Shown here in pieces: positions 49,960-61,548 of a stretch of DNA of 64,000 bases (position 1 is the stretch's first letter; every line of letters starts with the position of its first letter). The translations under genes and the position numbers were made by a program. Source of the DNA: Hemiscyllium ocellatum. Lineage: Eukaryota. The notes under the pieces are model-generated. The model did no database searches, was not told the DNA's origin, and was given only the letters and a program-made list of their open reading frames with translations. The DNA lies in contig NC_083407.1 of the NCBI RefSeq assembly GCF_020745735.1, positions 97,950,748 through 98,014,747 of the forward strand, written 5' to 3'.

Positions 49960-50890
49960 CCAATAGCAACATGGAAACAAAACTGACTTGAGTAACAGGA
50001 AACAGAATGTTGTGATGAAAGATTGTGTTTTGGGCTAGGATTCCTTTATCGTCGAGGTCTCCAGGGGTCAGAGTGAGTTGGTAAAATGGGCAAACAGGTG
50101 GCAGTTAGAGTTTAATGCAGAGAAAGTATGAAGTAATTTATTCTGGTGAAAGAACATGGACAGACAGTGTAAACTAAAGTGTACTACTCTACAGGGAGTG
50201 TAGAGCAGAGAAACTCGTGTATATGTGCATAAGCTATTAATGGTGGGACAGCAGTTTGAGGGAATGGCTGCAAAAGCATATAATCTCCCAGACTTTATTA
50301 ATAGGAGCATGGGGAATGGCAACTAAGAGATTCTGTTAAAATTGTATAAGATACTGGCCCAGCCTTAATTGGAGTACGGTATCCAATTCTGGGCACTGCA
50401 TTTTGGGAAGGACGTGAAGGTATTGGAGAGAATGCAGAAAAGATCCACAAAATGCTGTTCCAGAGACAAGGATAGTTTGGAAAATTTGAGATTGTCTTCC
50501 TTGGAGAAGAGAAGGTTGAGAGGAGATTGGTCAAATATTGAAAATGATGGTTCTGGACAGCATAGCCGTTTCCATTTGTGAAGGAATAAAGAAGTGGGGG
50601 TGGAGGGGGGGAGAAGGGAAAAAATTTAAGGTAGTTAGCAAACAAAGCAATGAAGACATGAGAAAAAAAATTCAAGCAGGATGAGGTTGTGTTCTAGAAA
50701 GCCAGCCTGGGAGAGTAGGGGAGCACATTCATTTGAAGGATTGAAAAATAATGAAGTTACTATATGAAAAGGAAGAATGTGCAGGGGAATGTGGAGAAGA
50801 TGTGAGGCTGCCACTGTGAGCATTGCTCATTCAGAGAGTCAGCACAGATATGATGGACTAAATGGCCTCTTCCATTCTATAACGATTCTA
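49960..50890 (+). mobile_element. Old CR1 LINE fragment
   Basis: EYGIQFWALHFGKDVKVLERMQKR..LEKRRLRGD plus a CR1-type 3'UTR. Confidence 0.75.
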
Positions 50891-51379
50891 AGAGCCCTGC
50901 CCTTTAAATGTTGCACTCTTACCTCTGAGGCAGAAGGTTTGTGGCCTTGAACACCATTCCTTGAATTCAAGTTCTAGGCTGATGTTTCCTGGTATTCAGA
51001 CTGAGGGAGTGGTTCAGTGTTGGAGGTGGCATCTTTTGGATGCGATGTTAAATGTTTAATAAAACTCTGCTCTCTCAACAGAATTTAGAGAAGTAAGGGG
51101 GATCTTGTTCCTTTATTTGTGTGTGGGATTTAAGTGTCAGCAGGAAGGCCAGTATTTCTTTCCTGTCCCTAGTTGCCTTGAATTGAGTCATTTGCCTCGT
51201 CATTTCAGAAGGCAGATAAGAGTCAGCCACATCTCTGTAGGTCTGGAGTCACGTGTAGACCAGACCAAATATGGATGGAAGGTTTCCTCTCTAAAGGATA
51301 TAAGTGAACCACATTATTTTTTCTGATAATTATTAATGATTAAATGGTCCCCCTTTAAGCCAGCTTTTAATTTTGGACC

Positions 51380-54105
51380 AGAAGATATCAGGGCAGAATT
51401 AGGCCAATTGGCCCATCAAGTCTGCTTTGCTCATGGTTGATCTGTTTTTAACTTCATTCTCCTGCCTTCTCCCTGTAACCTTTGATCCCCATACTAATTG
51501 AGAACCTACCTATCTCTGTCTTAAGTACATTCAATGACTTGGGTCTCAACAGCTTCCTGTGACAGTTAGTTCCACACATTCATCACCCACTGGCTGAAGA
51601 AATTTCTCCTCATCTCGGTTCACTCTGAAGCTGTGCCCTTGGGTTTGAGTGCCACCTCCTAATGTAAACACCATCTTCACCTCTAGTCTATCCAGGCCTC
51701 CCGGTACTCTGTAAGGTTTCAATCAGATCCTCCTCGTCAAATACAGACCCAGCGTTCTCAACTGCCCCTCATGTGACAAGTATTTCAATCTCGGGCTCAT
51801 TCTTGTAAACCTGTACTGGAACCTCTCTAATACCAGCAAATCCATCCTAAGGTGTGGGGCCCAAAAATGCTCTCAATATTCTAGCGGTCTTGAAATGAAT
51901 GCTATCATTGCTTTTGCCCTCCTAACTGCCAGCTGAACCTAAAGAGAATCCAGAACTAGACCTCCTGAGTTCCTCTTGTGCTTCAGATTTCCACAGTTTT
52001 TCTCTGTTTAAAAGTAGTCCAAGCCTCTGTCCTTCTACATGACCCCTGCATATCTCCACTAGTCACTGGCTGTCCTCCTAAAAAAGACCCTTTATAGCTT
52101 CTGTCTGCCTTCTGCCAGGCAGCCAGTTCTCTATCCTTGCCCCTAACAACATGGGCTCTCAACTTATAAACAGCCTCACTTTGTGAAAGGCCTTCTGGAA
52201 ATCCAAACAGATCATGTCCACTGGCTGTACTTTGTCTAACTTGCTCATTCCCTCCTCAAAGAATTCCAACAGATTTGTCAGGGATGCCCACCCCCTGTGG
52301 GGGGTCCAGCCATGTGGGTCTCAGCCCTATTTTCCCACATAACTCCAAGTAGTCCACAATCTCATCCTTAACAATGGACTCAAATCTTAGCAACAACTGA
52401 AGTCAGACTAACCAGCTTATAATTTCCTGTCTTTTGCCTCCCTCCCTTCTTAAAGAGGTGTGTTACATTAGCCAGTTTTCCAGTCCTCTGTGACTCTCCC
52501 TGACAGATCACTGTCAATGTCTCCACAATCTCATCAGCTCCAGAACCCTGGGCTGTAGTCCACCTAGTTTGGGTGATTTAACTACCTTCAGACCTTGCAG
52601 TTTCCCTACCCTCTTCTCCTTAGTGATAATCACAGCACTCACCTCTATCCCTGACACTTTTGAAGTTCTGGTGTGCTGCTGGTGTCTTCCATTGTGGAAA
52701 CTGATGCAAAGTACCTATTCAGTTCCTCCTCCATTTCCTTGTTCCCAATGTTATGGACAAGGCCAGACCTCCTCAAAATATTTTAAAAAGGTAACTTCAA
52801 CCCTAACGTTTTTTTGTTTTAAAGGTAAATGTGAACCTAGTGTTCCAGGTGTGATGCAACTACTTGGCTTTAAGCAAAACACAATTTATTTAAACATTAC
52901 AATTAAAACACTAACAAAAGAAAGTGGAATTTAGAATAGCTTAACTATTGGAAAACGAAACCAAATACTTGATACAGGAACTTTACAAATTAAATGTTCC
53001 AATATAACAACATCCCACAAATACACCCCTTAGCAAAAAGGTAAATTCAAACACAGATTCATACAGGCAGGAAGGTGCAACATCCAAAGAGAGATTTCAG
53101 AGAAGTTCAGTTAGAAATCATTTATTGAAGCTTGCAGTGCTTCTGGACCCAGTGTCTTTTGACCACTGCAGCTTTAAAAAAAACCTCCAAAAACCTGAAT
53201 TGAGAGAACTGGCCACTACCCTTCCATTGTTAAACTGTTTTAAAACAAACACTGTTGATTCAGGCTGGCGCCCTGGCCACTTCGGCCCCTCTGCCTTTAC
53301 AACCTTTCTTCAAAAGAAACCCAGGACAAAATAACCTTTCTAAAGTGACAGCATAGTCACAGCCATTACTGCCTCCCCAACCTCATTTTCCATTGGTTCA
53401 ATGACCACTCTTGCCTCTCTCTCATATATCTAAAAGAACTGTTGCAATCTCCTTTTACATTATGAGCTAGCTTATTTCATCTTCTCCCCTCTCATTGCTT
53501 TTTTAGTTGTCCTTTGCTGGTTTTTAAACACTTCCCAATCCTCTGGCTTTCCCCTAATCTTCACCACATTGTCAGCTTTTTCTTTTATTTTTACGCTGTT
53601 CCTGACTTCCCTTGTCAGTCTTGGTTGCCTCACCTCTTTGTATCTTTCTTCTTCCTTGGATTGAATTTCTGCTCTGCCCCCAGAACCTCCTGCCATTGCT
53701 ACTCGACCATCTTCCCTCCCAACCCCTGGCTATTTCCTACCTCGTGGTTTTTCTACTTACCTTGCTTGAATTGTAAGACCATTATATCAGATTCCAACTT
53801 CTCCCTCTCAGACAGAAGGGTGAATTCTACATTCTGTCATGTTGTGGTCACTGCCCCCAAAGGATTCCTTCACCTTAAACTCTTTAATTAAGTCTGCCTC
53901 ATTACACATGACCAAATCCAATATTGCCTGTTCCTCCAGTTGGCCCATCGCAAGCTGCTGCAAAAAGCCATCTGGTAGACATTCCTTGGTCTCTTCTATG
54001 AACACGATTTTCCCAGTGCACATGCATATTGAAGGCACCCTCGATTATTGCAATGGTGTATTTCTTACTTGCCTTTTCTATCTCCTGATTTACTTACTTT
54101 CTGCC
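51380..54105 (-). mobile_element. Old CR1 LINE (antisense), interrupted by a solo LTR
   Basis: Minus-strand EQAILDLVMCNE..GGSDHNM and KPEDWE..QQR.TKK motifs. A CR1 3'UTR lies near 51380-51600. Confidence 0.75.
52749..53361 (-). mobile_element. Probable solo LTR
   Basis: 613 bp bounded by TGTTA.. and ..GTCACA, cleanly splitting the host CR1 sequence. Flanks CCAA and GCCA fit a decayed 4-bp TSD. AATAAA on minus near 52885. Confidence 0.65.
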
Positions 54106-54439
54106 CCATTCAATTCAACTTCAGCATGTGCCCAATGGGATTTGAATTTGTGTGCTTAAAACATTAGGCTGGAACTCTGGATTAATAATATAATGACAAA
54201 ACTACTATACCACCACCTCCCCCATCCTGCCCACTGCCCTGAATGACATTTATCCTTCAAGCAACATCAGTAAAACAGATTATCTGGTTATTTATCTCAC
54301 TGAAATTTGTGAGAGCTCAGAATTCTCACAATAGACATGGCTCTTCCAAGGCACTTAGATGTGAATCACTTCCTGATATTGTGAAAGGTGCAATACAAAT
54401 GCAAAAGCATTCCTTGTGACATTGTGTTCTGTGTTACAG

Positions 54440-54518
54440 AATGGGTTGGAGGTGTACAGGGTACAGAGTACACCCCTCGGCCTCTGTTTAATCATCGATT
54501 GCATTGGAACTGATGCAG
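54440..54518 (+). CDS. CFLAR: c-FLIP pseudo-caspase domain, first exon
   Basis: NGLEVYRVQSTPLGLCLIIDCIGTDA, containing the c-FLIP-type CLIIDCIG. Donor G|GTAAGA, phase 0 to 1. Confidence 0.95.
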
Positions 54519-54700
54519 GTAAGATGCTGTTAACCTGGGCTATGGGGAACCCAGTAAGTCTGTAGGAAACACTCAGTGAAGTTGGTGACTGATTGACTGA
54601 GTAATCTCATCAACAATCAGTGCTTTCCCAAATTCTTCAACATAATTGGCAGATCCCAAATGCTTCAGATTGCTAGAATGTTAGGTGTTTTAAATTAGCA

Positions 54701-55009
54701 TAGATTCCTTACAGTGTGCAAGCAGGTCATTTGACCCAACAGGTCCACACCGACCCTCCGAAGAGTAACCCACCCAGACCCATTTCTCTCTGACTAAAGC
54801 ACTTAACACTACAGGTAATTTAGCATGGCCAATTCACCTAACCTGCGCGTCCTTGGATTGTGGGAAGAAACCGGAGCACCCGGAAGAAACCCACGCTGAC
54901 ACGGGGAGAATGTGTAAACTCCACACAGACAGTCGCCCGTGGCTGGAATCAAACCCATGTACCTGGTGCTGTGAAGCAGCAGTGCCAACCACTGAGCCAC
55001 CGTGCCGTC
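54701..55009 (-). mobile_element. tRNA-derived SINE (HE1-like)
   Basis: Minus strand head GGCACGGTGGCTCAGTGG. Body matches the other copies. Confidence 0.88.
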
Positions 55010-55517
55010 CTAATGAGCAGCAGTTTGAGAATCAGATGTACCGTGATAGATGCTGGGCTAAAGCCTAGGGAATCAAATTTGAAACCATCTCATAGACATG
55101 AGACAAATTCACTTCTTTTCTCTGGTTCTGAGGGAATAGTTGCTTTAATGATTGAAGATCTCTACTATTAGTAATTGCTTCAGTAGTATTGAATTGACCC
55201 TATCTCTGTTAATTACCCCTTTCTCTGTAAATTACCTGCTTACCCTGTTTTATCCCTATTCCCTCCTTTGTATCAAATTAAACTCGCCTCATTCATGGTG
55301 TATTGTCCTCATTAAAAAATAATTGGAAGTGCTGCGGAAGCACAGCGTACCTGACAATGCCTATGGAGAGTGAAACAAAGTTAACTTTTCAGATTTAGTG
55401 TAACACTTCTTCGGAAATGAGGATGGGTGCTGGAAAGTGATGGTTCAATAATATAGGAAAGGTGGTGTTGAAAGTGAACAAGATTCAAACCGTTTTGTTT
55501 GCGGATGCTTTTTCCAG

Positions 55518-56028
55518 CTTTACTAAAGGAAACATTTGAGATTCTCCAGTTCCGGGTGGTCACCCACTTATACGTCGAGCTGGACCGTCTGAAGCAGATC
55601 CTGAGGGAAACCTCCCAACGCGAGGACCTGGCCACAGTCGACTGTTTCGTGTGTTGCATCGTGAGCCGGGGGATGACCGACAGCATCCTGGCAATCAATG
55701 GGCAAAGCCCTGGCCTCTTGTTTGAAGAAATCCAGCAGTACTTCAAAGGACTGAGATGTCGGGCCCTGGTGGGGAAACCCAGGCTTTTCTTCGTTCAGGA
55801 TTTCCTCGCGGCCACACCTGACCCTGATGAGAGTTTAGAGACAGACACTGCTCAGGGCAACGGAGAGGTGGTTCAAGCTGATGGTCGTGCCTGGGAGGAA
55901 GTAATCCCACAGGAAGCAGACATCCTGTGGTGTTGCTGCAGAGTGTCTGAGCACCTGATCTTCCAGGCGGGCCAGCAACCATCGTCCTTTATGCGCACGT
56001 TGTCGGAGTGTCTACGGGAACATCACAA
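55518..56028 (+). CDS. CFLAR: c-FLIP pseudo-caspase domain, large exon
   Basis: DCFVCCIVSRG (catalytic His replaced by Arg), LVGKPRLFFVQDF (QAC lost), LETD and IPQEADILW. Phase 1 to 2, donor GTGAGT. Confidence 0.96.
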
Positions 56029-56050
56029 GTGAGTACTGGAAAAGCATTGA

Positions 56051-57573
56051 GTAAACCCAGAACCCCATCCACAGGTAAACCTGCAGCCCCTTCCACAGGT
56101 AAATCCAACCCCCTCCACAGGTAAACCCAGAGCCCCCTCCACAGGTAAACCCAGACCCCCCTTCCACAGGTAAACCAAGAGCCCCCTCCACAGGTGAATC
56201 CAGAGCCCTCACCACAGGTGAACCCAGACCCCCCTCCACAGGTAAACTCAGACCCCCCTCCACAGGTATACCCAGATCCCCCTCCACAGGAAAACCAAGA
56301 GCTCCCTCGGCAGGTAAACCCAGGGCCCCCTCCACAGGTAAAGTCAGAACCCCTCCAAAGATAAACCTTCAGCCCTCTCCACAGGTAAACTCCGAGACCC
56401 CTCCACCAGTAAACCCAGACCCCCCCCTCCACAGGTAAACTCAGAACCCCCTCCACAGGTAAACCCAGAGCTCCCTCCACAGGTAAACCCAGAGCTCCCT
56501 CCACAGGTAAACCCAAAGCCCCTCCACAGATAAACCCAAAGCCCCCTCCACAGGTAAACCCAGACCCGCCTCCACAGGTAAACCCAGAGCTCCCTCCACA
56601 GGTAAACCCAGAGCTCCCTCCACAGGTAAACCAGACCCCCCCCCCCTCCACAGGTAAACCCAGAGCTCCCTCCACAGGTAAACCCAAAGCCCCTCTACAG
56701 ATAAACCCAAAGCCCCCTCCACAGGTAAACCCAGACCCGCCTCCACAGGTAAACCCAGAGCTCCCTCCACAGGTAAACCCAGAGCTCCCTCCACAGGTAA
56801 ACCAGACCCCCCCCTCCACAGGTAAACTCAGAGCCCCCTCTACAGGTAAACGCAGAGCCCTCTCTACAGGTAAACCCAGAGCTCCCTCCACAGGGAAACC
56901 CAGAGCCGCCTCCACAGGTAAACCCAGAGCCGCCTCCACAGGTAAACCCAGAGCCGCCTCCACAGGTAAACCCAGAGCCCCCTCCACAGGTAAACCCAGA
57001 GCTCCCTCCACAGGTAAACCCAAAGCCCCCTCCACAGGTAAACCCAGAGCTCCCTCCACAGGTAAACCCAAAGCCCCTCCACAGGTAAACCCAAAGCCCC
57101 CTCCACAGGTAAACCCAGAGCTCCCTCCACGGGTAAACCCAGAGCCCTCTTCACAGGTAAACCCAGAGCTCCCTCCACAGGTAAACCCAGATCCCCCCTC
57201 CACAGATAAACCCAGAGCTCCCTCCACGGGTAAACCCAGAGCTCCCTCCACAGATAAACCCAAAGCCCCTCCACAGGTAAACCCAAAGCCCCCTCCACAG
57301 ATAAACCCAGAGCTCCCTCCACGGGTAAACCCAGAGCTCCCTCCACAGGTAAACCCAGAGCCCCCTCCACAGGTAAACCCAGAGCCCCCTCCACAGGTAA
57401 ACCCAGAGCTCCCTCCACAGGTAAACCCAGAGCCTCCTCCACAGGTAAACCCAGAGCCTCCTCCACAGGTAAACCCAGAGCTCCCTCCACAGGTAAACCC
57501 AGATCCCCCCTCCGCAGATAAACCCAGACCCCCCCTCCGCAGGTAAACCCAGACCCCGCTCCACAGGTGAACC
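56051..57573. repeat. 24-bp minisatellite, roughly 60-65 copies
   Basis: Unit ACAGGTAAACCCAGAGC(T/C)CCCTCC, with 23-26-bp variants. Confidence 0.97.
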
Positions 57574-58519
57574 TGGAGAATTCTGACCGCTGCTTCCCCT
57601 GTTCTCAGGCCCAACCTCTCATCCACCTTGGCAATTTTTTTTTCTGCTATATGATTGAATGTAGTCAATCACCCATCAGGCTCAGTAGAAATGGGTCGGG
57701 GTTAACCACACAGTGTCTATTCTTTAGACATTACCAGAAAATGCTGGCATCTCAGCAAATCAGGCAGCACCTGGGGTGGGAAATACAGAGTTCCTGTTGA
57801 TTTGAATAAAAGCAAAATACTTTCTGGAGACCTGAAACAAACAGAAACTCAGCAGGTCTGGTAACATTTGTAGAGGGAGAAATGAGTCAACGTTTCGAGT
57901 ACAGTATGACTTCCTCGGAATTGGATTCTACATTACCATCATGTCCTGGTGGCAAGAATCCTATTGCAACTACCATATGCCAGCTGTGCCAATGCCAGTA
58001 TGGTTGAGCAATGTAGGAGCATACCTCTCCATTGCCTGGTGCAAAAAGGATGCCTCTGCTACTGATTTCCCTCCTGGCATCTTCAAAGCAGCAACCATTC
58101 TCACCTTTGATTGCCTTTATTCCAGAACCTCAACCAGTTTGCTTGCAGCCAAAATTTACCTCCTCTTTAAGAGATGTGCGGTGTGATTAAATGGATTAGC
58201 CTAGCACCTAGCACATCCCTGCTGCTCATGCCTTGAATGATGAAGTGAGTTGCCAGTTGAGATTATACATCATGCTGGCATGTCACCTGTTGAACTGTGG
58301 GCTCCTAGTGATTAGGTGCATGTCTCCTCCACCACCTTCATTCCAGGTGCAAAGATTTGTCCTAGTCAATTTCTATCACTGTGTGTTTAACCAATCAAGA
58401 CAGCAGTTGTGGGTGAACAGGTTAGCAAAAAGGGCAGACAGGAGGCAGCTGCAGTGCAATGTAGAAAAGTGTGATGAAGGTTGATAGTAAGATTAGGAAG
58501 GGGTATGTTAGTATTCTAG

Positions 58520-60123
58520 GGCATGTTAGTATTAAGGAAGTGGTAGTGTTGGTGTCTTGAAAGCCATTAAGGCAGATGAGTCCTTAGGGCCTGATGGGAT
58601 CTATCCCAGGATACTGAGGGAGATAAGGGAGGAGATTACTGAGGCCTTGACAGAGATCTTTGCATTCTCTTTAGCCAGAGGTGAGGTGCCAGAAGACTGG
58701 AGAATAGCCAGTGTTATTCCTCTGATTAAGGTAGGCGACAGGGATAATCCAGGAAGTTATAGGCTGGTGAGCCATCTATCAGTGGGAGGGAAATAATTGG
58801 AGAACATGCTGAGGCACAAGATTTACTTGCATTTGGAGAATAATGGACGTATTAGAGGTAGTCAGCATGGCTTTATACAGGGCAGGTTGTCTCAAAAATT
58901 TGATTTTGAGTTTTTTTGAGCAAGTGACAGAGATGATTAGTGAGGGTTGCGCAGTGGATATTGACTAAATGGAATTTAATAAAGCATTTAACAAAGTCCC
59001 TCATGGTAGGCTGGTCCATACGATGAAATGACATGGGATCCACAGTGAGTTGGTAAGTTGGATCCAAAATTGGCTTGGATGATTAAAGACAAAGGGTGGT
59101 TGTGGAGGGGATTTTCTGGCTGGAGGTCTGTGATCAGTGTGTTCTGCAAGGATCAGTTCTGGGTCCTCTGTTATTTGAGATATATATAAAATGATTTGAA
59201 TGAAAATGTATGCGGTCTGATCAGTAAGTTTGCAGATGTAATGAAAATTGGTGGATTTGTGCATATAGAGGAAGGTTGTCAAAGGATGCAGCAAGATATG
59301 GATCAGTTGGAAATTTGGAAGGAGCAATGGCATGTGGAGTTTAATCTGGACAAGTGCGAGATGATGCATTTTGGGAAGTGAAATGCAAGAGGACATTATA
59401 TAGTAAATAGCATGATCTAGAGAGGATCTTGGGGTGCTAGTCCATACCCCCTGAAAGTGGCAAGACAAGTCGATAAAGTGGTAAAGAAGGCATATGGCAC
59501 GCTTGCCTTCATTGATTAGGGCATTGAGTATAAACATTAGCAAGTCATGTTGCAGCTGTATAATACTTTAGTTAGGTAACACTTGGAGTGCCGTGTGTGT
59601 CTGGTTGCCACACCGCAAGAAGGATGTGGAGGCTTTGGAGAGGGTGCAGAAGAGGTTTATAGGATACTGCCTGGACTGGAACATATTAGGCACAAGGAGA
59701 GGTTGGACAAACTTGGATTATTTTTATGAGAGCATCGGAGGTTGAAGAGTGGCCTGGTAGAAGTATAGAAAACTACGAGAGGAATGGATAGGGTGAATAG
59801 TCGGTGTCTTTTTCCCAGGGTGGTAATATCAAATACTGGGGTAGGGGGGGTGGAGGTTTAAAGTGAGAGGGGGAATGTTTAAGGGAGATGTGTGTGCTAA
59901 ATGTTTTATACAGAGGGTAGTAGTGCTTGGAGCCCGCTGGCAGGAGTGGTGGTAGAAACAGATATGATAGCGGCATTCAAGTGATATCTAAACAGGCACA
60001 TGAACAGGCAGGGCATACAGGGACACACACCATGTGCAGGCAGAGGGGATTACTTTAGAATACCTTCACAGTTGACGCAGACATGGTAGGCTGAATCGCC
60101 TGTTCCTGTGCTGTATTGTTCAA
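58520..60123 (+). mobile_element. Decayed CR1 LINE (RT to 3' end)
   Basis: GPDGIYPRILRE..VPEDWRIA and ISKFADVMKIGG, followed by the CR1 3'UTR. Multiple frameshifts. Confidence 0.9.
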
Positions 60124-60468
60124 TGTAAGGAATTGAAGAGCAAAGTCAACAAAGGGACAGCACCAGGCCTTTTTGTTTCTCCCAGCCTCTTCTGCCATTC
60201 AGTAGTCCAGCAGTTAAAATGAGCATCATAATCTTTTGCTTTACTAAGTAAGGTAAAAAAGACAGGAAGTTGTGCCTGATCGGGTCTGGGCTGGAGGATT
60301 GAGTTCACATCTAGGCACCACACTTCAGGAAAGATGTGAAGGTATTTGAGAGTGCTGCAGGTATTTATTGTAACAGTGTGTGAGTCAGGTGTTTGTGGAA
60401 TGAGTGTCAGTTCATACCTTAAATGTTTCCTCCCTCTCCCTCTCCCTCCCTCTCTCTCTGGTATCTAG

Positions 60469-60598
60469 GAGTGATTTGATATCAATGCTAACGGAGGTGA
60501 ACAGACAGACAATGCTGAGGAACCGTCAACTGGCTTTTGAGGAACCTGTACCGCTGGTCCTCCGCCACACTCTGAGGAAAAAACTCATCTTGCCGTGA
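60469..60598 (+). CDS. CFLAR: c-FLIP last coding exon
   Basis: Long pyrimidine tract then ctag|. Encodes SDLISMLTEVN..LRHTLRKKLILP*, with the conserved HTLRKKLIL end. Phase 2 matches the previous exon. Confidence 0.95.
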
Positions 60599-61413
60599 GG
60601 GGCCCCTGTGACCGCTACTGCATTAGTTATGTTCAGAAACTGGCCAACCACAGCATGAAACCAGCTTCACCACCTCACAAGCAATCTCCGAACACCGGGG
60701 CCTGGGCACCTAAAGAAACAAGGTTTGATGCATTGGTTCAGTCAGGAGAGGAGAATTAGATCCACTGAAAGATCCAGTCACAAGTGACAAGGATCTAGGT
60801 TAAGGTGGAGGGATCGAGGTGGTGAGGGATCAAGATCAGGGATTAAGACAGGGAGATCTAGAGAGTAATCCAAAGATCTAAATTGGGGGAGAGGGATCAT
60901 GACAAGAGCAGAGGGTTTGTGATATTTAAAGCAAGCAAGAAAGGATGTAGACGGGCACAGGAATCTAGACTCGGAGTAAATTGGGAGGGATGTGGGCTGG
61001 GGTAAAGGGAGTAAAGTAGGGAGATAGAGACAGCTAGACTAGGAATCAAGGAAGGGAGGGATCAAGGAATGCTGTGTTAGCCATCAAGCCTATTATGTTG
61101 TATGTCACTTCATCACTTAGTGAAATTGTTTATCAATGTATTCATTGGAGGTCTTTTAGCTATCACCACCATAAGTGTTCTTCAGTTTTTTGGAGCTTTT
61201 TCATGTTATCTATTAAGTATCTACGAGTGTGATTATATTTTGTAAAAATAGTAAGATATTTACTGGAGTACTGGCTGCAATTCTGGCTTATGGTCCTCCG
61301 ACATCAATTGCCTGTTGTAGTGGCCATTTCTGGAGTTTATAAGAACATACAGTATGTAAGAACATAGGAAAGAGGAGTGGGCCATATAGCCATTCAAGCC
61401 TGCTCTGCTATTT

Positions 61414-61548
61414 AATAAAATTATGATTTACCTTCACTTAAAATGTTCTAATATGTGCAATACTGTATGTTTTAACTTATGTTTTTTGATAGATTACTTT
61501 GTAATATATAAGTTATATTATTCTGATTATATGTTTAATAACAATAAA
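61414..61548 (+). terminator. Candidate CFLAR polyadenylation signals
   Basis: AATAAA at 61414-61419 and 61543-61548. Which one is used cannot be determined from sequence. Confidence 0.35.

Noticed and set aside
56051-57573. CRISPR-like array
   Set aside because: Head-to-tail tandem units with no unique spacers, no cas genes, and a vertebrate context.
55989-57668. 559-aa Gly/Cys-rich ORF and overlapping repeat ORFs on minus
   Set aside because: These are translations of the 24-bp minisatellite. The frames switch with unit indels, and the ORF is antisense within an intron.
54440-60598. Active caspase-8/10
   Set aside because: Both catalytic residues are substituted (SRG, QDF), and CLIIDCIG and HTLRKKLIL are c-FLIP signatures.
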